Notes under the pieces: generated by a model
What the model saw: the letters and a program-made list of their open reading frames with translations, nothing else
The model's database searches: none
Told to the model about the DNA's origin: nothing
Program-made: the position numbers and the translations under genes
Assembly: GCA_032251395.1 (NCBI GenBank)
Contig: JAVVEJ010000007.1
Location: 3,662 to 67,661 of the forward strand
Source of the DNA: Mariprofundaceae bacterium
GTDB taxonomy: Bacteria; Pseudomonadota; Zetaproteobacteria; Mariprofundales; Mariprofundaceae
Direction: 5' to 3'
Length of the DNA stretch: 64,000 nucleotides
Part shown: one piece after another, positions 58,505 to 64,000 of the stretch
Position numbering within the stretch: the stretch's first letter is position 1
Layout of the letters: every line of letters starts with the position of its first letter

Positions 58505-59122
58505 GTGAACGCCAGAACAGTTGCAGTGATGGTCTCCGGGCGCGGAACCAACCTCAGAGTCATTCTTGAATCGGTTGCCAAAGGCGAATGCCCGGTAGAT
58601 GTTCGTCTGGTCATCTCCGACAAAGGCGATGCCGAGGCCCTGAATATTGCCCGTAACGCCGGCGTACCCCATGTGGTGCACCTTGCCCCTGGAAATTTTA
58701 CCGGCCGTGAGCAGTTCGATGCCGAGTGTGCGGATCTGCTGGACAGGCACGGTTGCCAGTGGATTGTGCTGGCCGGTTATATGCGGATTCTCTCATCCTC
58801 GTTTGTGCGCCGCTTTCGCGGGCGCATTATCAATATTCACCCGTCGCTGCTGCCCTCCTTTGCCGGGGCAAAGGCTGTTGAGGATGCGCTCGAACACGGG
58901 GTGAAGGTTTCAGGCTGTACGGTTCATCTGGTGGACGAAGTGCTTGATGGTGGCCCGATTCTGGCTCAGGCCGCAGTACCCGTGCTGGACGGCGATACCC
59001 GCGACACGCTCCATGCCCGTATTCAGATCGAAGAGCACAGGCTCTATCCGGCAACCCTTGCCCGTATGGCCAATGAAGGCTTTGAGATTATCGGGCGCAA
59101 GGTGGTCTGGAAAACGCTCTGA
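58505..59122 (+). CDS. purN: phosphoribosylglycinamide formyltransferase
   Basis: VSGRGTNL, NIHPSLLP and the DxGPI motif (DEVLDGGPIL). The start is taken as GTG at 58505 after AAGGAG. ORF-track ATG 58463 is the alternative. Confidence 0.85.
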   Translation: MNARTVAVMVSGRGTNLRVILESVAKGECPVDVRLVISDKGDAEALNIARNAGVPHVVHLAPGNFTGREQFDAECADLLDRHGCQWIVLAGYMRILSSSFVRRFRGRIINIHPSLLPSFAGAKAVEDALEHGVKVSGCTVHLVDEVLDGGPILAQAAVPVLDGDTRDTLHARIQIEEHRLYPATLARMANEGFEIIGRKVVWKTL

Positions 59123-59147
59123 CCCCTTTTGGGGTTGGCCCGGATTC

Positions 59148-59176
59148 TTGACACAGTGAACTCTTAGGTCTTAAAT
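59148..59176 (+). promoter_or_regulatory. candidate sigma70 promoter at the edge of the low-GC segment
   Basis: TTGACA (59148..59153), a 17-nt spacer, then TTAAAT (59171..59176). It lies about 290 nt upstream of the membrane-protein ORF. Confidence 0.3.
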
Positions 59177-59465
59177 CAGTTCTCAAGGGAAGGGGAGAAT
59201 CTCGATAGATTTACCTCGAATGAACTGCCCGGGAAGGCAGTTCGATTTACAGACAACACTACAATTCGATCACCTCTTCTCCTGAAGTAGCATATTCATG
59301 CGATATTGATTGCAGGGATTTACTGGCAGTGTTAAACGCTGACCAACCTTGGGAAGGGAGTCTTATGATATTCAATTTGCCATCAGTTTTGCACGCGCGA
59401 TCTCTTTCACGGAAGAGCTCCGCCTCCTTTTTCTTTTCTCCGATTCAAATGAGTGAGGTGGCGTA

Positions 59466-60059
59466 ATGGGTCTTGTAATTTTTGGTGTGATGGCGCTCTA
59501 CCTGATTGTTTCGATCATCGTTGTCACTGTTGCTGCACGTGCAGCGAAGAAGAGAGGTAAGAGCCCTTGGTATTGGGGTGCAGGGGCTGCACTGGTGATG
59601 TATCTGATTCCCTTCTGGGACTGGATTCCGACGGTTGTCGCTCACAAATACTACTGTTCCACCGAAGCGGGCTTCTGGGTCTATAAAACTGTCGATCAAT
59701 GGAAGGCTGAGAATCCGGGGGTGGCGGAGATACTTGTCGAGCATAAAGGTAATTCGACTGATCGAACTGGAAATGATAATGGTTTTACAAATAAGCAAAT
59801 ATTGAATCAAAGATTCCAGTGGATCACACAAAAGCAAAAAATTCTCCCGTTGATATCCATGTATAGATGGAAAAAAGAGATTATAGATGTTGATAATGGT
59901 GTTGTGGCTCGACAAATTGATTTTTCGAGTGGGGAAAGTTACGCCGGGCTCAAATTTTGGATAAACGAAGGAAGTTGTCCTAATGGGATTGATGATAGGG
60001 CTAAATTATATCAATTCGTAGATGCCATCGTGGACGATATAAGCAGGGGAAATAAATGA
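59466..60059 (+). CDS. two-TM membrane protein of unknown function, translationally coupled to the lipase-RTX gene
   Basis: 197 aa with SD GAGGTGG. TM1 is residues about 2-24, followed by a positively charged loop RAAKKRGKSPW, then TM2 about 36-58 and a 140-aa soluble domain. The stop TGA overlaps the next ATG (ATGA at 60056..60059). Noticeably AT-richer than its neighbours. Confidence 0.5.
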   Translation: MGLVIFGVMALYLIVSIIVVTVAARAAKKRGKSPWYWGAGAALVMYLIPFWDWIPTVVAHKYYCSTEAGFWVYKTVDQWKAENPGVAEILVEHKGNSTDRTGNDNGFTNKQILNQRFQWITQKQKILPLISMYRWKKEIIDVDNGVVARQIDFSSGESYAGLKFWINEGSCPNGIDDRAKLYQFVDAIVDDISRGNK

Positions 60060-63000
60060 ATACAATAACATCAGTGTTCGAACAAGCTCAGCTAGCTGAA
60101 GCGGCTTATGCCAACCTGGCAGGGATTAATAATACTACGCCAAAGCAAACCCTCATAGATGCACTTACTACAGGGGATGGTAAGTTCTCTGCCGCCCAAG
60201 CCACCGAATTCGTTACCCACTGGAAAGTTGTTGATCATATTCCGAACACGCAGACTGGATTTTCAGCAACGATGTTTGAGAGCTTGGATGATCCGGGCCA
60301 GTTTAGTTTGGCGGTTCGGGGCTCGCTTGATTCAGCCGATTTCATCGCTGATGCGAAGCTGATCACTGCTGATGGCGTTGCCGTTGATCAATTGGTCGAT
60401 CTTTATAACTTCTGGCAGCGATCAAAAACCCCATCTAATGTTAGTTATGGTGCGGCTGTTCTGACCAAGCTGGATGCTGAATCAGCCGCGCTCTATGAAG
60501 CTTATCTTGGCAATGATGTAACTGATCCAGTTACCAACACCACAATGAGTGCTGATGCTTATCTTGCAGCACTGGAGTCACGTTCGAATGTCTTTATCGA
60601 ACGTTCTTCAATGACTGTAAAGGCGGTTCAGTATGTTGATTCATCACAGCTTGCTGATATTTCGATGCAGGCTGGCAGTGGTCTGTTTGTAACAGCCGAT
60701 GGAACGTATATTCCGCCTGTGACCCTTGATGTATCGGGCCACTCACTGGGTGGGCATTTGGCGATGGCATTCACGCGGATGATTCAGGATGTCACCTCCA
60801 ATGCTATTTCGGTTAACGGCCTTGGTTTTAAATTCGACAACCCCAATGTCGGAAAATTACTGGTTCAACTTGGTGGTGGCACCACTTTCCCATCTGCAAA
60901 CATTCAGAATGTGTATGGAATTGCTGGTCCTGAATATGCAGCGATGAATAACAGTGCCCTCCAGCAGCCGGGTGGCTGGGATGGCATTTTTATTGAGAGT
61001 GCTGCCCTGCCTGTATCGGTGGCGTTAGGTCACAGCGCAACCCAAATGACTGACTCTCTCGCTGTTTACGATACCTTTGCGCAGATAGATGCGGATCTAA
61101 CTCTCAAAGACATCACCAGTATTCTGACAGCATCCTCGAATGTGGCGGAGAACAGTCTTGAGAGCACGGTTTCAGCGCTGGGTGAACTGCTAGTAGGCAG
61201 TGGCTTCACGCCGCGCACAGGCAGCGAGTACGACACCTCTCGAGATAATCTCTATAAAGACCTTCAAACGATTTCAGATGTGCTGCCGCCGACGTTAATC
61301 AGTGGACTTTCAATTGAAGCAATGGGTGGCATCTATGCTGACGGAAGGTTTCGTGCAAAATTATCTACAGAACTAAAGACGTTAGCAAAAACAGATCTAG
61401 CGTACCGTTATGCCTTGGTAAATGGTAATGCCTTTGTTGTTTTAACACAGAACCCTGCTTTTTATGATGCTCGTAACACTAAGGGTGAGTTGGATCTTTA
61501 TAATCCTGATACGGGTAGCGGTACCATTACGGACAAGTATCTAACTGATCGTAGCGAATACTTGAGCATGCAGCTTTCCAACAATGTTCGGGACGTGTCG
61601 GGTGTTATCGATCCGAGCATCGCCCATAACATGGTATATGAAGATGCTGCTACCGGCACATTGAGTGCTTCCAATCCAAATGATACATCTGTGGCGCGCC
61701 GTGTTGTCTTTGGCGATGAGAAGGGCACTTTGCTTGAAGGCACCAATCCATGGTTTGGCAGTGACAACATTGCTGACCATCTCTACGGCATGGGTGGCAA
61801 TGACACGTTGCAAGGTTTTGGTGGAGATGACCGCCTGGAGGGCGGTACGGGAAGTGACAGTTACAACTACAACTCCGGTGACGGGGCAGACACCATTCTT
61901 GATGTGGATGGTGCAGGGAAGATCGTCATCAATGACTTTGACCTTGATGCATCCTCATTCAAACGCTTTAAGAACGAATGGAAGAACAGTGATGGCAGCA
62001 TTGTTCTGACGCTTTCACGGGATGGCGATCTTGCCGGAAAGGGTTCTCTGGAGATCAGCGGTTCCGCACTGGGTGGTGCGGGCAACAGTATCACGGTAAA
62101 AGATTTCAAGAACGGTGATCTAAGCCTGAACCTCGATGAGAGCATGAAGGCGGCATTTCTTTTGGATAACAGCAATCCTTATGCCGATCCGGCCTACACG
62201 GCTGCGGACGGCTCCGGTGCGATGAAAGAGGGAGGCGGCGGTCAACTTGGCGTGGCAACAAATCAGTCATTGAAGGATGGCGATTTTGTCAAAATAATTA
62301 TGAGTGGTCTGAACGGGTTGTTCGAGTTTGTGGTGGGTGGAGAGGCCATTGCCGCGGAAGCTGATGGTTCATTCCTGATTCCGGCCAGTGAAGGGCAGAA
62401 TCTGGTTTCATTCGCAGTGCGGCAAAACGGTGAGATCACACAGAATGAGAGTGTCACCTTCCAGGCGGAAGTGATTACCACCGATGCAGACGGGATACCG
62501 ACAACAGTGGCGTCCTCGAATAGTTATACCATGAACGTAAGTGATATTGCTCTACCGGCTCCAACATCTGCGTTGAACGGCACAGCAGGTGAAAACTATC
62601 TGGATGGCTATGCTGGTGGTGCAGGCACATCTGCAACGATCAATGGCGATACAGGACGTGACATGATCTATGGCTCCGGTCAGGGCGACGTGATTGATGG
62701 CGGAGCCGATGGCGACTGGATTATCGGCAATGGTGGAGCCGACCAGATTGCTGGAGGTGCCGGCAATGACCTGATCAGCGGCTTCGAAGGTGGCAGCACG
62801 ATCAATGCAGGCGATGGCAACGACATTGTCTCCGGCAATCGCTATGAGGCGATGGATATTTCTGCGGGCGGCAATGTTTCCAGAGATGCCTTCTGGGGCG
62901 ATCTTATTCAGCACTGGAACAGTTTCGGTTCGACACAGTTTTTTGTCGACAGCACCGGGAATCTCTCCACCTGGTTCAGCGGTGGCGTACCTGAGGATTT

Positions 63001-64000
63001 CAATGTCTCCGGAAACTCATCAATGGGAGCGGGCTGGAGCTACCAGTTCAGTATTGTGAACGGTACTTTCAATGCGAGATATTTTCATCCAGCACTCGCA
63101 CCACTGGGAGCCGTGCCAGTGAGCTGGTGGAATCATGCAATGGGATACATGCCCGATCAGCAGGACGGTATTACCGTGGATGGCGGAGCCGGAGATGATC
63201 TGATTGTCGGCCATAACCAGGCTGACTTCCTCGCCGGTGGCGATGGCAAGGATATTATTCAAGGCAATGGCGGCGATGACACGCTCGATGGTGGTGTTGG
63301 AGACGACAGTCTGGCTGGCGGTGACGGAAACGATACGGTGATCGGTGGCGATGGCGCTGATCTGGTATTTGGCGAGACAGGATCGGATTCACTCTTTGGC
63401 GGTGCAGGCGATGACCAGCTCTGGGGTGATTCGCAGTCACCGCTGCTGGCAGCACTTGATGGCAATGATTATCTGGATGGCGGAGCCGGCAATGACCAAC
63501 TGGTCGGTCAGGGCGGTGACGACACACTATTGGGCGGTGCAGACAGTGACATGCTCCTTGGCGATGCTGGAGCAGACAGCCTCTATGGCGGAACCGGCGA
63601 TGATCAGCTTCAGGGCGGCGACGATAATGACTATCTCAATGGCGGCGACGATAATGACCTGCTGTTTGGTCAGGCAGGTTACGACACACTGATAGGCGGT
63701 GCCGGTCTGGATGAATTGCAGGGCGGTGACGGCAACGACTATCTGGATGGTGGTAAAGGCAATGACCTGCTGTTCGGTGATAGCGGTGCTGACACGATAT
63801 TGGGTGGTGACGGGGCCGACCAGCTTTTCGGTGATGATGCGGATGTATCGGCCACTGTACAGGATGATGACTACCTTGATGGTGGTGCCGGCAATGACTA
63901 TATCGTGGGCTATGGCGGTGCCGACACACTGATTGGCGGTCAGGGCGATGATGCGCTCTATGGCGATAGCAGCTTTATTGCAGACACGCTTCATGGAGAC
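60056..64000 (+). CDS. giant secreted lipase/esterase-RTX protein, 3'-truncated by window edge
   Basis: Frame-2 ORF with no stop to the window end (1315 codons, hand-translated). It is absent from the ORF track, probably because it has no stop. N-terminal alpha/beta-hydrolase region with the nucleophile elbow GHSLGG (60737..60754). RTX GGxGxDxUx nonapeptides appear from about 61795 and densely from about 63175 (GGAGNDQLVGQGGDDTLLGGADSDMLLGDAGADSLYGGTGDDQL...). Confidence 0.8.
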   Translation, partial: MNTITSVFEQAQLAEAAYANLAGINNTTPKQTLIDALTTGDGKFSAAQATEFVTHWKVVDHIPNTQTGFSATMFESLDDPGQFSLAVRGSLDSADFIADAKLITADGVAVDQLVDLYNFWQRSKTPSNVSYGAAVLTKLDAESAALYEAYLGNDVTDPVTNTTMSADAYLAALESRSNVFIERSSMTVKAVQYVDSSQLADISMQAGSGLFVTADGTYIPPVTLDVSGHSLGGHLAMAFTRMIQDVTSNAISVNGLGFKFDNPNVGKLLVQLGGGTTFPSANIQNVYGIAGPEYAAMNNSALQQPGGWDGIFIESAALPVSVALGHSATQMTDSLAVYDTFAQIDADLTLKDITSILTASSNVAENSLESTVSALGELLVGSGFTPRTGSEYDTSRDNLYKDLQTISDVLPPTLISGLSIEAMGGIYADGRFRAKLSTELKTLAKTDLAYRYALVNGNAFVVLTQNPAFYDARNTKGELDLYNPDTGSGTITDKYLTDRSEYLSMQLSNNVRDVSGVIDPSIAHNMVYEDAATGTLSASNPNDTSVARRVVFGDEKGTLLEGTNPWFGSDNIADHLYGMGGNDTLQGFGGDDRLEGGTGSDSYNYNSGDGADTILDVDGAGKIVINDFDLDASSFKRFKNEWKNSDGSIVLTLSRDGDLAGKGSLEISGSALGGAGNSITVKDFKNGDLSLNLDESMKAAFLLDNSNPYADPAYTAADGSGAMKEGGGGQLGVATNQSLKDGDFVKIIMSGLNGLFEFVVGGEAIAAEADGSFLIPASEGQNLVSFAVRQNGEITQNESVTFQAEVITTDADGIPTTVASSNSYTMNVSDIALPAPTSALNGTAGENYLDGYAGGAGTSATINGDTGRDMIYGSGQGDVIDGGADGDWIIGNGGADQIAGGAGNDLISGFEGGSTINAGDGNDIVSGNRYEAMDISAGGNVSRDAFWGDLIQHWNSFGSTQFFVDSTGNLSTWFSGGVPEDFNVSGNSSMGAGWSYQFSIVNGTFNARYFHPALAPLGAVPVSWWNHAMGYMPDQQDGITVDGGAGDDLIVGHNQADFLAGGDGKDIIQGNGGDDTLDGGVGDDSLAGGDGNDTVIGGDGADLVFGETGSDSLFGGAGDDQLWGDSQSPLLAALDGNDYLDGGAGNDQLVGQGGDDTLLGGADSDMLLGDAGADSLYGGTGDDQLQGGDDNDYLNGGDDNDLLFGQAGYDTLIGGAGLDELQGGDGNDYLDGGKGNDLLFGDSGADTILGGDGADQLFGDDADVSATVQDDDYLDGGAGNDYIVGYGGADTLIGGQGDDALYGDSSFIADTLHGD

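Noticed and set aside
59222-59243. Hairpin gaactgcc-cgggaa-ggcagttc as a purN terminator
   Set aside because: It has an 8-bp stem but lies 100 nt past the purN stop and has no following T-run, so it is left uncalled.
62552-63994. Minus-strand ORFs (120, 155, 97 and 90 aa) and the short-period DNA repetition near the window end
   Set aside because: These are by-products of the RTX nonapeptide-coding repeats (GGxGxDxUx) in the plus-strand giant ORF. It is not a CRISPR array, because there are no uniform repeat/spacer units, and these are not separate genes.

Overview
This window looks like the origin-proximal chromosome of a proteobacterium, mid-50s % GC by eye (not computed). It is mostly core housekeeping genes. 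The replication and partition core is clear: rpmH-rnpA-yidD-yidC-mnmE, mnmG-rsmG-parA-parB and dnaA-dnaN-recF-gyrB. Coding strand switches from mostly minus (left of about 51 kb) to plus (right of it). An AT-rich dnaA-dnaN spacer with DnaA boxes is the likely oriC, and there are two perfect parS palindromes. Other recognisable genes are thyA, folA, ribF, ileS, lspA, lon, htpX, recN, nadK, gmhB, plsC, arsC, pldA, a UvrD-like helicase, a ClC channel, ogt, trmFO, pgsA, sspB, a class I DAHP synthase, RNase P RNA, an ABC-F ATPase, mtnA, phosphoribulokinase, purM and purN. I found no rRNA, tRNA or CRISPR array. The non-ordinary content is listed here. (1) A family of short hairpin-forming repeat units builds mosaic blocks in at least six intergenic regions. 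One block forms 165-bp perfect inverted repeats around a self-contained cassette encoding a 64-aa Cys-rich protein. (2) A lower-GC segment after purN holds translationally coupled ORFs: a two-TM membrane protein followed by a very large lipase-RTX protein that runs off the window. (3) An Omp85/AsmA-like mini pair. (4) An EncFtn-like ferritin gene with no encapsulin nearby. (5) A GxxExxY gene inserted into ribF-ileS between inverted repeats. (6) Start-codon oddities: parS embedded in two start codons, and rnpA without a canonical start. All calls come from reading the sequence and recalling family motifs; no searches were run.
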